Source: Isurus oxyrinchus (Eukaryota). From it: a stretch of DNA of 64,000 nt. The notes beneath the pieces are model-generated. The model ran no database searches. It saw nothing but the letters and a program-made list of their open reading frames with translations, and was not told the origin of the DNA. Below, piece by piece: positions 25,545 through 38,129 of the stretch; positions within the stretch are counted from its first letter, which is position 1; each line of letters opens with the position of its first letter. Location: the NCBI GenBank assembly GCA_026770705.1, contig JANJGN010000035.1, positions 7,626,001 through 7,690,000 of the forward strand, read 5' to 3'. The translations under genes were made by a program, and so were the position numbers.

Positions 25545-28500
25545 TGTTCTGGGATGGTTAATTGATGGGGTCAGGCTAATGTTAAAAGTACTTGGACTTG
25601 ATTCCTGTCACGGCAAGTTGTTTAACTCCAATTCAATGAAAATCTGGATTTGAAATGCGAAAGGTGATTATAAAACCTTGTTTGATTATTGTAAAAACAT
25701 ACCTGATGGGCTAATGTCCTATAGCGCATGGAACCTGCCGTTCTTAGCTGGTTTGGAATGCACGTGACTCAAAACCCACAGGGCAATGCGCTTGGCTTTA
25801 AAATACACTCTGAAATGGCGAAGAAAGTCACTCAGTAGTATTGAAAAGCTGCAAAATCCCAAAATAGGAATGAAATATGAATGGCCACCATGCATTGATC
25901 TAGCCACAGAAATTAATAATGTCAAAATCAGCACACTCTTCACTGCAAGGTATTCCTTAGTAACATCTACAGGCTAGTGACAAATTTGGCAGAGCTGTCT
26001 CAAAGGCTAGTCAAGCAAAGGGCCTGGCTTTGTCATCATCACTGAATCATGCCTTTCAGATAATGCCCCAGGCACCACCGTCACGATCCATGGGTATGTT
26101 CTGTCCCAGATGTATGACAGGCCCAGCAGATTTAGTGGCACAGTAGGTTCCAACAGTTAGGAAGCAGCCCTGGGCGTCCTTAACATCGTCTCTGAGCCCG
26201 CTAAAGTCTCATCGAATCAGGTCAAACATTGGCAAGTGAATATCTTGCTAATTACTGCGCACCATCCTCTATTATCAGATGAATCAGTGTGCCTTCATTT
26301 GCAACACCACTTGGAGGAAGTACAAAGTGTGAAAAAGTTACAGAATGTATTATGGGCCAAGGATTTTAATGTCCATCACCAGAAGTGACTCAGTAGAACC
26401 AATGACGAAGGTGCTGGGCGAGTCCTAATGGACAAACATTCTAGTCTGGGTCTGCTGTAGGTGGTTCGATAACTAACAAGAAGGAAAAGCCTACTTGACC
26501 ATCTTTACCTGCAGAATCGCACTCCAACACAATCTGTAACCTCGTTGACCGCCATTTTCCCATTCTATCATTGCAATTAAGCCAGGGAATCAACTTTGTT
26601 TCAATGAATAGTGCAGGACCGTGTTTTGGGCAGCACCTGGCACAACGAAAAATGAGGTGACAACGCAGTGAAGCTATAACACTTATCTGGCAAGCAATAT
26701 TATGAGCAAGTGATAGATAGAGATACGTGATCCCAGTGCCATCGAATCAGATTTAACTCTGCAGCTGTGCCACAGCCAGTCGTGGATATTGCTGGACATG
26801 TTTACAAGTCACAGGATAAGAAGCTCACAGACATGGCCATCCTCAAGGAGGGGGTAATTGAGAATATCAGTGCAAAGTATAAGGTAAACACATTTGCCAC
26901 AATCTTCAGCTAGGTTGGATAAATAATCCATTTCGGCTTCCTTCGGATTTCTGCAGCATTCCACATGTCACCCTTCAGCCAATTCAATTCACTCCACGTG
27001 ATACAAAAAAAAAATGCCGAAGGCACAGGACAATGCAACGGCTATGGGCCTTGAGAATAGTCTGCCACTTGCCCTGAAGGCCTGTGCTCCAGAACGTGCC
27101 ATCTTCCTGGCGTAGATGCCCCAGCAGAACTACAAATTTGGAATCTAAAAGGCTGTGTGCAAATTTGACTAGGTATGTTCTGTACACAAAAAGCAAAACA
27201 ATACCAAACCGGTCAATCACCGCACCAACGGACTACTTTGGCAATGATTAATTAAACAAGGAGGCATCAAAAGCGCTAGCAGGTGGCACTTTTATAGTAA
27301 GAAACAGCTCAGAAATGACCAGTTGGGGCTCCAGCAGGAAAGCTCCGCTCCTGACGTCATTCAGGCTTTGTTCATGTTTCAAATAAGGAAAGCTGAACAC
27401 TGGAGGCAAACTGAATGGGACTGCTGAACATCAAGACCGCCTTTGTCCGAGTGTTGCATCAATGAGCCCTATAAAAACTAAAATCAATGGGAGACAGGGG
27501 GGAAAGTAAAAAACTCCACCTGTGGGAGTCACACCTAGCACTAGGAACATGGCTGTGGTGTGGGAAGTCAATCACCCCAGCTCCAGGCTATTACTGCAGG
27601 CGTACCACAGGATGATTTCTTCGGCCAAATACCTTCAGCAGTTTCATCCATCATAACATCAGAGGTGGGAGCATTCGCTCATCATTGCACAATTTTCAGC
27701 ACTATTCGTGACTCCTCATTAACTGAAGCAATAGATGTCCAATGCAGAAAGTCCTGGACGATATTCAATCTCAGGCTAACACGAGGCAAGAAACGTTGAC
27801 GCCACACAAATGCCAGGCCTTCGACGATCTCTAACCAGAGACGATTGAACCATCCCTCCTTGACATCTGTGGAATTACCAATGCTGAGTCCCCGGCTTTC
27901 AATATCCTGGGTGTTATCATTGACATGTAAAAGAACTGGTCCAGTCATGCTTACAATGTAACGCGAATAGCAGGTCTCGAGCCAGGAATGCTGCAACGAG
28001 AAATTCACCTCTTGACTCGCCTATCCTGTAGACGATGTACAAGGCAAAAGTTAGGAATGTGATGGTACACTCCGCATCTGCCTGTGTGATTTCAAAATCC
28101 ACCACACAAAAGAGCTTTGACATGATCCTAGAGTATGTAGCCATTTGGTTGGCAACACATGCAAAGTCATTTTGTCCATCCACCACATACGCACAGTCAC
28201 AGCAATCTGTATCATCTACATGATGCACTGTCAGATTCAACAATGTTCATTACGAAAAAAATTCCAAACCAATGACAGGTACAAACATTAATGACAAGGG
28301 CAGCAGACGGATTTGAAGAGCATCACACAGATTTTCCCCTCCAAGTCAATCCCCATACTGACTTGTCAATATTTCGCCATTACTACAATGTGGCTAGGTC
28401 AAAATCCTGGAACTCCATCCCTAAAAGCACGGTCGTGTGCGTATATGACATGGACAGCAACGGTTGAAGAAGAAAGCTCGCCACATTTTAAATGTCATTT

Positions 28501-28560
28501 GTGGTGGAAAATAAACATTGACCCACCAGCGAGGCCCACGTTCCATGAACCAATAAAAAA
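25545..28560 (+). mobile_element. Near full-length decayed CR1/L2-group LINE (about 3 kb)
   Basis: SINE-like 5' head, then APE-like region (GATTTTAATGTCCATCACCAGAAGTG = DFNVHHQK), RT region (AITAGVPQ), and 3' end CCCACGTTCCATGAACCAATAAAAAA. Confidence 0.85.
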
Positions 28561-28840
28561 TCTATTGGTCTATCTAACCATCCATCAATCTATCTATCCA
28601 TCTACCTATATATTTATCTATCTCTATATCTATGTATCCATCTATCCATTTAACTATTCACCTTGATAGCTCTCAATCTCTATATGCCTATCTATCTAAC
28701 ACCTAACTGTATGCTCTATGTACATATGTATCTAAGATTGTATGCATTAATGTATCTATCTATTGACCGATCAATCTAATGGTCTATTTGCCTTCTATCT
28801 GTCTATATGCCTAACTGTTTCCCTGTCTCTCCATTTATCT
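28561..28840. repeat. (TATC)n microsatellite
   Basis: Imperfect TATC repeats. Confidence 0.9.
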
Positions 28841-29024
28841 CAGAGATAAAAACAAAGAAAACTGCAGATGCTGGAAATCCAAAACAAAAACAGAATTACC
28901 TGGAAAAACTCAGCATTCGAAGGGACCCCTTCGAAGGGTCATGAGGACTCGAAACGTCAACTCTTTTCTTCTCCGCCGATGCCTCCGGACCTGCTGAGTT
29001 TTTCCAGGTAATTCTGTTTTTGTT
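28841..29024. mobile_element. Short Penelope-derived insertion with inverted arms and TSD
   Basis: Arms AACAAAAACAGAATTACCTGGAAAAACTCAGCA and its exact reverse complement. Flanking direct repeat TCTCCATTTATCT at 28828-28840 and 29024-29036. Confidence 0.9.
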
Positions 29025-29059
29025 CTCCATTTATCTGTCTGTCTTTCTTACTATCTGGC

Positions 29060-31130
29060 TACCTGTCTGTATATGGTTACCTATTCTGTATCATTGCTGT
29101 GGCCAGCCGCTGTAGCCATAGCATTTCTGTGCCTCGTCTGGTTAATCATCTGTTCAATATTTGCCCCGAACTTATCGACAGTTCAAGATTCTGTGATAGC
29201 AATATCCTCAAATGTCGAGAGTCAATGGTTAAATACTCTGTCGTAGATTGTCGTGACATTGCACTTGCCTGGCTTCAATGTAATTTGCCACTATTCAGCT
29301 CAATCCTAATATGGTGCAGCCTTGCTCACTGGGACATGTATCTGTGGAATCGTAACTGCTGCAAAATATTTTGCAATCATCAGCGAGCATCCCCACATCT
29401 CACATTATGATGGAGGGGAAGGTTCTTGATTAAGCTTTGAAGCTGATTCGACAAAGAAAATTAATTGAAAAACACCTGCAGTGATGTTTTGTAACAGAGA
29501 AAATTGATCTCCAACAACAATGAGCTTTGTGCCAAGTACAAACCCAAACAGGGGAGCATTTTCACTTTATTTCATTTGAGTCAAGTTTTGCGAAGTCTCT
29601 GTAATGCCATAATCCGTCAAATCCTTCTTTGATATCAAAGGACGTCACCCTTACCTCACCTCTGCATTTCAATTATTGTGACCTCATTTGAACCAGGGAT
29701 GCCATGAGGCCAGGAGCTATGCGGGCCTGGCTGAACAAGAATGGAGCATTAATTTGCATGTTACTTCTTGGTAGCATTGTCAAGACCTCCACCTCAATTT
29801 ACTAATGGCCGAGAGGTGATTGATGGACCCTTGGCCCTGTTATGTATGGCTTGCTTTTTTAGTTTTTGTACAGGAACTGACTTTGCAATTCTTCACAGTG
29901 ATCTGTCGATGCCAGTGTTATAGCTGTTCTAGAACATTTTGTCCAGGGTCACAGCAATTTTTGTGCAAACTTCTCCAGCACTGTTTGCAGGAATATTGCC
30001 ATGGCCAGTATCCTTTGCAGTATCCAATGCATTCAGCAGGTTCTTGATATCATGTGGAGTGAATCGAAGGAGACTAGTTGTGAGCCTGGGGACCTGTGGC
30101 AGTGGCCGAGATGTATCATCCACTATGCATTTCTGGCTGAAGATTTTGGCAAGTGCTTCAGTCGTTTAATTACACTGATGGGTTGGGCTCCCTCTTCATT
30201 AAATATGGTGAAATGTGTTTGGACTCCTCCTCCAGTACTTTTTTTTTTCTCTAAATAGTCGAACGCAATTCACAATGGGGCCTGGCAGGACTGCAGATCT
30301 TAGATCTAATCCGTCGATTGTGTAATTGTTTGCACTTTTTTGTTCCTCAGCACTTGTTGCAGACCCAGCCAAGTAGCTATGACCCGTTGGAGAAGGTTAG
30401 CTCCCGATATGGTCGCTCTGCCGAGCCACTGTTGGTGATGGAATTAGAAGTCCCTCAACCAGTGTGCATTCAAAGCCCTTGCCACCCACAACGTTTACTC
30501 CAAGTTGTATTTTAACATGTTAGAGTACAGGTTCACCAGCTTAATCGATTCAGAGCGTGGGCGTGGGGACATTGGCCTTACCTGGCTATCAGCAGGAGTT
30601 TCCTCAACCATGTTTGTTCTGCTGTAACTGGACTGCACGGCGTCATGATTGAAGGTTGGGAACTCTTTGTCCGCCAGCTCTTCTTGGCCTGCACTGCTGC
30701 TCGGAAAAATAATGTGGCTTTTAATATCAGCGAAGAACCATAAGTATGACTTCGTCAGGCTATTGCTTGATTAGCCAATGGCCAGTTCTCCCAATTTTGG
30801 CACAACCCTCACGTGAACTTTGCCGTTTTGCTATGTTTTGCCGTTGGCTTCTCCACTGACTTGGCCGATGATTTTCCCGGTTTCATTGCTTACAGATGCA
30901 ATTCTGTGGAATCTCATTTCACATGTCGGGCAGATAAGTTAATGGCGGGCCGAGGAACGGAAGCAGCTTTCACCGAAATTCGATTCATCGTCATCATTAC
31001 TTTCTCATTGCAGATATTTATTGAGATCAAAATTTCGCTGACTGCCGTTCTGACATTCGAAATCACGTCGGTTGTGTAGTGCCCTGAGTTTTTGGATAAC
31101 CAGTAAAAAGACAATGCCACTACGCCACCA
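29060..31130 (-). mobile_element. Decayed LINE, same family as 25545-28560, opposite orientation
   Basis: RFTPHDIKNLLNALDTAKDTGHGNIPA is a typical pre-RT motif. Reversed tRNA-like head near 30900-31130. Confidence 0.85.
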
Positions 31131-31302
31131 CCTCCCCGTACCCCTTCCCCCCCAGTTTCGCGCCTTGACACAGTCAATGATGAGCCTGTTTTGGAAAAAA
31201 GAGCAAATATAATGGAAAACAATGTTTTAAAGAAACAAGTAAACTTCCGTTGTGATTAGAATGGTCTGCATGGGTTTTTGCAACTAAACTACATGCAACC
31301 TT

Positions 31303-31444
31303 AGATAAAAACAAAGAAAACTGCGGATGCTGGAAATCCAAAACAAAAACAGAATTACCTGGAAAAACTCAGCAGGTCTGGCAGCATCGGCGGAGAAGAA
31401 AAGAGTTGACGTTTCGAGTCCTCATGACCCTTCGACAGAACTTG
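31303..31444 (-). mobile_element. Young Penelope 3' tail with hammerhead-like motif
   Basis: Near-identical to the reverse complement of 52360-52500. Minus strand reads AGTT CTGTCGA AGGGTC ATGAG GACTC GAAAC GTC AACT. Confidence 0.9.
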
Positions 31445-31927
31445 AAGAATGGTACCGGCACGTGGGCTGTGAGACATGCTTCCATTTTGCCTTGTAGTTA
31501 ATACAAACAGTGATTTTAGTTAATTTGGTGGTGTCCGCTAAATAATTTCTTTTCTTTGAAAAAATTTGATTTGCTTCTAGCTGGAACATTCATGTTATGC
31601 CTTAATAACCATCGGCCGCTGGGGACTTCATCTCTCAAAATGTTGCAATTTTCTACGGGTAGTAAAATATCCAAAAGTGGCGCACATGAATTTAAAGGCT
31701 ATCAGTATAATGCGAGATCAATTTGAAAATAAAGATGTGCACGGATTGCAACAATGCATCCAAGCCTGAAAAATAGAAAATTGTATTGATTTTGAATTGA
31801 GATAAAAAGTCATGTTCATAGAATTCAGATTGATAGAGGGTCATATCTAGTGTGTAAGGCAATTTGCAGTTTATTGTGTACTTGACAACTGGCTATAGGG
31901 TTTCTGAATTATATCAAACAACTCTAA

Positions 31928-32203
31928 AGAGATAAAAACAAAAAAAAAACAAAAAAAATGCTGGAAATCCAGAACAAAAACAGAAATAGCAGGAAAAACT
32001 GAGCAGTTCAGGCAGCATCGATGGAGAAGAACCAAGTTGACGTTTCGAGTCCTCATGATCCTTCAACAGAACTAAGTAAAAATAGGAGAGGTGTAAAATA
32101 TAAGCTGGATTATGGTGAGGGGGTGGGGGGGTGGCGAGAGAAAAATGGGTTTTGGGGGTGTCGGGGGCGGTGTTGGTGGTGGTGTTGGTGGTTGTAGGGT
32201 CAC
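31928..32203 (-). mobile_element. Penelope 3' tail
   Basis: Matches the reverse complement of 52265-52500. Confidence 0.9.
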
Positions 32204-32508
32204 GAGCTGAACCTTATGTTCACCAGTAAGGTCGATGATGCAACCTTCACATTGAACTGCGTGAACATATAATCAGATCAGAGAAGTATGCACATATCAC
32301 CAATTACAACTTCTATTCAGTTCTATTGAATCATCGGAACTGAATATTAGACTCCAAGTTTTTGAAGCGGGCTTAAATCTGCATTTAATGTTAGTGTTGT
32401 CAATTATCCTTTACAACGAACATTTAATTAAAATGCATTGAAGAGATTTGCAATATATGTTACAAAAAATTGGTTACATTGTTAAATTTATTTTTCAATG
32501 CCACCTAC

Positions 32509-32695
32509 CATCTACTTCTACTAGCCCGTAAAGTAATATGTGCGATTTATTTTTCAGCTTTCGTTTTGAGTTCTGCAATTCAAGGAATATTCTCCAGAGT
32601 GCTCGTTGTCCCTGAGCCCCGTTTTCACGCAGGATATTAAAAATGAATTGAGAAGCCAGGTTCATTTTTCCACCTTCGGCCAGGCTTCTGATTTT
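32509..32695 (-). pseudogene. CARD-like (death-fold) domain, second-half exon, copy A
   Basis: gttttttag, then KIRSLAEGGKMNLASQFIFNILRENGAQGQRALWRIFLELQNSKRKLKK*. Resembles the chondrichthyan NLR N-terminal motif KVxELxxxG..SxxLLxLVMEKGxxARRVMWExF. Donor position uncertain. Confidence 0.75.
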
Positions 32696-35006
32696 CTAAA
32701 AAACGAATGTATTTCATCAGCAATTATAATAACATTGCACCGATTTGCATGGAAAAGATTCGCTCTTTCTCCCTCTCTTTCACTCTGTGTCTATCCCTCC
32801 TTCTCTCCCTCTTTCACTCTCTTTCTACCTCTAGTTCTCCTTCTTCTTCGTAATTTAGGGAAGAGATAACGGAAAACCATCAAGCAGAGAAAGAGAGAAA
32901 AGCCTTATTCAAAAGGTTATTTTAAAGAATCCTCTTCATGGACGAAAGAAAATGGAGAGCAATTTGAGTCATGATCTCACAATTTAGGAGCTAGTCAACT
33001 AAAGGTTCAACAGCCAATACTGGGAGGTTTCTTTTGACACGAGATAATAGGTCAACAGCAAGCCACTTCCTGCTTTAAGACCAGCATGATGGAACACAAA
33101 CGACTGAGTTTCGGAAATTAAAGTTGGACACACTGAAGTTCATAAAGATGATGTCAAAGTTCTATTAGCTGCCAACAAGAAGTGAAATAACATCGAAACT
33201 ATTGCTTGTCTTACAAAGGGTCCCACCTGATTAATTCGAACCAAAATGTTCTTGTAATTAATTTCATGTTTCGATATATTAGCAAAAACCTACCATTAAA
33301 TCAGCCATACTCACTATAACTGGTAACCTTTCAATTCTAAACATCCTTGTCTTACAAAATTTTTCTTCTTATTTAGACATGTTTAGAAAAGTGACATTTC
33401 TCTCTAATTATGTGATATTTCATTCCATCACCCCTGCAATTTTCAATGTTTTTGCTTCAAGGCCCGGTAAAGTAATGAATTATTTTATGGAATTATGTTA
33501 AAAACTGGCCTTTAATACTCTATACATATATTATTAAGATTTGATTTCCAAAGATTGCTCCCAATCTAAAAGGCAGCATTCAGGAGTCGGATTGATTACC
33601 CTTCAGCTCCCTGAATGATGCCACATTCATAAGCACTAAAGGCTCTAGAAACCATGGACGATAAATCAGCCAGATTGATTGGCACCAAGTTCAACATAGG
33701 AAAGCCTTCCCACCATTACAGTGGGTGTTCGCAATATGTGGACTGTCGCAGTTTCAGAAGGTAGCACAGCACGGCCTCTTGAATGACAATTAGAGGTGGG
33801 GATTAAATACTGACCTGTTCCGCAGAGATTACATCCCATGAACAAATAATTAATAGGAAAATGTACATTATGTATATTTCACATAATGGATATTCTCTCC
33901 ATTTTCCACTACCCTATGCTCCTTGATTATTCAGAGTTTTTTTGGCCCTGTTTTTTAAATCCCTCATGACAAGTTATTACCTGATGTTCAGGTAGAGTTT
34001 GCAGAAATTAAAATGAAAGAATGACCATTTGTGTAAGGCAGATTTCTTCAGATAGATAGTACCCTGATATGTCAGGAAGATGTACTCTGCCATGACGAGG
34101 AGACCGTGGGAATATATGTTCCTTTTTTATTTATCTAATGTTCTAATGGGTGGCTCATTTTCTACATTGCTCTACTGTAAATGCTTGCATAGACAGATTG
34201 AGAAGCCAAACCATACACTGTTGAGCAGCTGCAACCAGAGGTAATATGACAATGACGTAAGATGAAAACGAGAGCAAATAAGGAATTAAAGCATGCAATT
34301 TCAGTGAAATGCACTCCTGGGGCGGCACTTGGTTTAGAAAATTCACATCTCTCAACATTATTCCCCTGTGGGTCCTATTCACTCAAGATTGAGTTGTTTC
34401 TGCATGCAATATAACATATATCTTTTGTTAGTTTTCATTGTTTGAATATGGGAAGAATAAATGTTGTGTTTTACGGGATTTATCAATTCCCCCAAGAAAA
34501 AAAAGGCAATATATCTCTAAACTTTGATTCGATTATTTTTAGTTATGCTAAAGTTCTGTTTGCTTCGCAGATCTTGATAATTGCAAAAGTTTGTGTCGCT
34601 TCATCTGAATAAATGCTGCGGTTCAACACGCTGCATTCACTGGGGATCAGTCAAAAATGTGTTGTTTTGTAGAAACTCCTCAATGAATCAACTATAGGGA
34701 ATTGGTTTCCATATGCTGTCATGACGGATTTACTTGTAAACTATCATACATTCTTACATCATTAATTGACACGTTAACTTAAATTTAAAAACGAGTTTAC
34801 TTACCTGATTAAAATATATGTCGGATGACGGCCAGAAATGTTCTTTACATTCACAACAATTATAAATTTATTGTCATTCTACAAGTTAAAACTTTGCTGC
34901 TGAAAATGCTTATAATATGGTTCTTTTAAAAGGAAGGAACATAATCTAAACATTCAGTCGCATTATTCATATAACACTATAGGATTGCAAGATATATGTA
35001 ACACAC

Positions 35007-35175
35007 CTTATACTCTATTTCAGTCAACGGGGAAGAATCGGAAAGCATCTGAAAACATCGTTCAGAAATTCTTCAAAACAATTTTCAATATCCTGTCGGT
35101 AGTACTAAATATTAGCATGTAGCTTTATATCAGTGCAGCTCGCCAACTTGAGAAGCATTTTGATATGTGCGTTTT
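35007..35175 (-). pseudogene. CARD-like domain, first-half exon, copy A
   Basis: ccttgacag, then NAHIKMLLKLASCTDIKLHANI*YYRQDIENCFEEFLNDVFRCF/DSSPLTEIEYK, then gtgtgt. Phase 0 donor fits the 32695 acceptor. One stop and one frameshift. Confidence 0.7.
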
Positions 35176-35869
35176 CTGTCAAGGTATAAACGAGAATGCA
35201 TTTTTTTTTCTGGGTCAGGAAAGAAACAGCGATTACATGGCAGCATCTGCTTTGGCGGGATTGTTTTCAGCCTGCCTGGCTGTCGCAAAGTTCGTAGCAC
35301 AGCACACTGGAGAGATTATGCATAACATTTTTTGCCTGAGGCACAATTCGGAATCGAGGTCCAGGTCATTCATTATTTTAAATGTGCTTACCAAACTATG
35401 GCAGAGCGGTATGAATGAACATACAAATATATTTCTGGCCTTTCAGTTTCAAAAGTGTGACTGATGCCCGAAGCAGGCTAATAGTATCGATCTACAACAA
35501 AGAAAATTTGACGTGAAGGCACGGCATAAAAGAGGACGTGTAAACAGGAGGCTGTCATGACGATTGAGGCATTCGTACCAATGCATGAAGAGCATGTGGA
35601 TTACAACGGGAAATAACGAGGGCAAATTTGGATTCAAACTCTCGAAATGTTAGTTTGTATGCAGCAGTGTCCAATGTTAGGTCGAAATTCGGCATCATCT
35701 TGGATGTGTATGCCCAGTAAGACAATCTATCACTCTTTGGCCTGTTTGTCAGACATCCTCTTTACCATTCTGCTGCATGGCTCTATGACCTGGAAGTGGA
35801 TAATTCATTAATTGAACGCTTATTATTCACACCTCTCATAGTCATAGTCTCAATGGTCCATCTGTGCTC

Positions 35870-36430
35870 CTTCTGGTCCCGTATTAACTGTGCTGTGTCC
35901 TTTACAGGTGATAGGTTGTCTACCATAAACCATTACAAGCCCACCAACTCCCATGGTTAACTTTTCTGCCTGCTACTGCAAAGCTTAAAATAAGCACTCA
36001 ATGCCATTCTACCATTTTCTCCTTCTCCATCGGAAGTGTTCTGATGGACTTGCCTTCCACGAAACAGCTTCTGAGGCATATTTGATTTTCCTCAGCCAAG
36101 GGATTCCCCCTATCTGTAAACTGTGGTTGTTCCTGCCCTCAACCGTTTGCAACCCACTGCGCCTTCTTTTGCACCCACCCATTGTCCAACATTGTCCAAT
36201 AACAACGGCACCTTTTCTTCAAAACCCACTCAATCCACACCCACTGAATCCGCATTCATTAGATATTTGTGTCATATTGCAGCCACATTTTTCGTGAAGC
36301 CAACACCAAGGGAATTTAATCTCCACGTCGACTATGTGCATTCAACAGAACCCGTCCCTCTACTGTGGCCTCTTCCCATGCAATCGCAGGATTGAAATAG
36401 CTGCCCTTTAACGCAAAACCCCTCCTCAAC
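35870..36430 (+). mobile_element. Decayed Penelope-like fragment
   Basis: PFYHFLLLHRKCSDGLAFHETASE parallels PFFQVHRLHRICSDDATFKKSSSD at 51165. Confidence 0.75.
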
Positions 36431-37129
36431 TTCCATGGCATTTGTGCTTTGAAGTGCCTCAGCCAGGCTGTTGTCAAAGCCATTATATGCCCCGTGATTC
36501 TTCCTGGTGGTTTTGAACATGACAGGGAACTGGTTAATTATTGCAGGTGCGGGGGGAGGGGGGTGGCCTGTGGGATAGGACATTGAGGGGGTTCGTGGCT
36601 TTACATGGTTATGACAACGAGGTTAATTGGCCATAATTGTCCTGCTGCAATGAGACAATAATTTTCCAGAATCGAAGCTGAGAACCTTTTGTCCCCCAAT
36701 TCTGCTGGGTCGTCCCTGCTGCTGGGAACAATGATGGAGGGATATTATCTGTAGGGTATAATTAAGTGAGCAAGATTATGTGAAGCAGGGGCTTGGTTAG
36801 CCTATGGCCAACTCTCCCAATTTTGTCACAAGTCGCAGGTGGAAGTAGCCCTGTCGATATGGCTGATGTTGCCCGGTTTTTTTGCAGCAAAGTTCGGTTG
36901 CCATTCACGTTTCCTTCCTTTTGAACGCAACAGAGTGGTATCACTTTTCCCTTGAAGGCCAGGTGAGGACAGAACGCCCCGCCAAAGTTTTCCACGAAAA
37001 TCAATTCCTGGTCATCATAAGACTCTTTCTCATTGAAGACATTTAATTATTCAAAATATCATGGACTGCCGCATAGAAAGTTGAAACAAGTTGCACCATG
37101 CAAAATACGTAGCTTCTGCAATTACAGAC

Positions 37130-37990
37130 CATTGACCATGCAGCTACTCTACCGCCCCACCCAAATAAATCCAAGCTATGGCTAACAAGAGGCAAGAAAC
37201 GTTGATGCCACACAAGTGCCAGGTATTCACAAACTATAGCAAGGGATCATCTAACAATTTCCCCTTGACATTCAATGCCTTGCCATCGGTAACATTCGTG
37301 GAGGGGGGGAGGGTGGTGGTGGATGCGGTAGGGGTGGGGGGTGACCATTCACCTGAAAACGTACTGTACTAGTCATATGCACAATGTGGCTAAAAAAGCA
37401 GGGAATCCTTGCTGGAGTCATTCACCTTCTCATTCGTCAAAACTGTCCACCATCCACAAGGCAAAATTCAGGAACGTGATGAAACACTCCGAGTTTACTT
37501 GGGTCAACTCAGCCCCCTCAGCACTCAAGAAGCTTGTCATCAGCTTGGACAAAGGAGCTAGCTAGACTGGCAATACTTAACATGCAATACAGACATTGAC
37601 TCCCTTCACCTCTGCCGCACGGTAGCAGCAGTGTGTATCATCTACAATCTGCACTGCAGGAATCAACAAGGCTCTTTAGGAAGCAATTTCCAAACACACG
37701 ACCACTACACAGGGGAAAGAGAAGGCCCGCAGGAGCATTTAAAGTCCAGCATTCGGAATTTCCCCTTTATCCAATCATTAAACCAACTTGGGAATAAATT
37801 GCGTTGCCCTCACTCTTGTTGGGTGAACATTCTGGGATTTACTTCCTAAACGCACGGTTGAGTGCCTACATGATGTGCAGAGCAATGGCTGAAGAAGAAA
37901 GCTCACCACGACCATATTATTGCCCATTTGTGATGGACAATGTACCCTGTCCCAGCAATGGAAACCCACATTCCATGAATCATTAAAACA
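37130..37990 (+). mobile_element. LINE 3' fragment (paralog of 27700-28560)
   Basis: LSTIHKAKFRNVMKHSEFTWVNSAPSALKKL; 3' end CCCACATTCCATGAATCATTAAAA, followed by a TATC tract. Confidence 0.85.
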
Positions 37991-38129
37991 TCTATTTATC
38001 TCTCTATCTGCGGCATATCTATCTATCTATACAACTATCTATCTATATATACATCTGCCTGTCTGTCTATCTACCTGATTATCTACCTGTCCATATGCCG
38101 GTCCATATGTTTCTGTGCCAGTCTGGTAC

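Noticed and set aside
28845-32203. Recurrent near-identical 140-nt sequences as a CRISPR-like or regulatory array
   Set aside because: They are irregularly spaced 3' tails of the Penelope element at 50740-52500, in a eukaryotic context.
33981-34140. Candidate CARD first-half exon ending EHQ|gtaata
   Set aside because: The upstream translation has stops and no CARD pattern. The exon at 35007-35175 fits much better.
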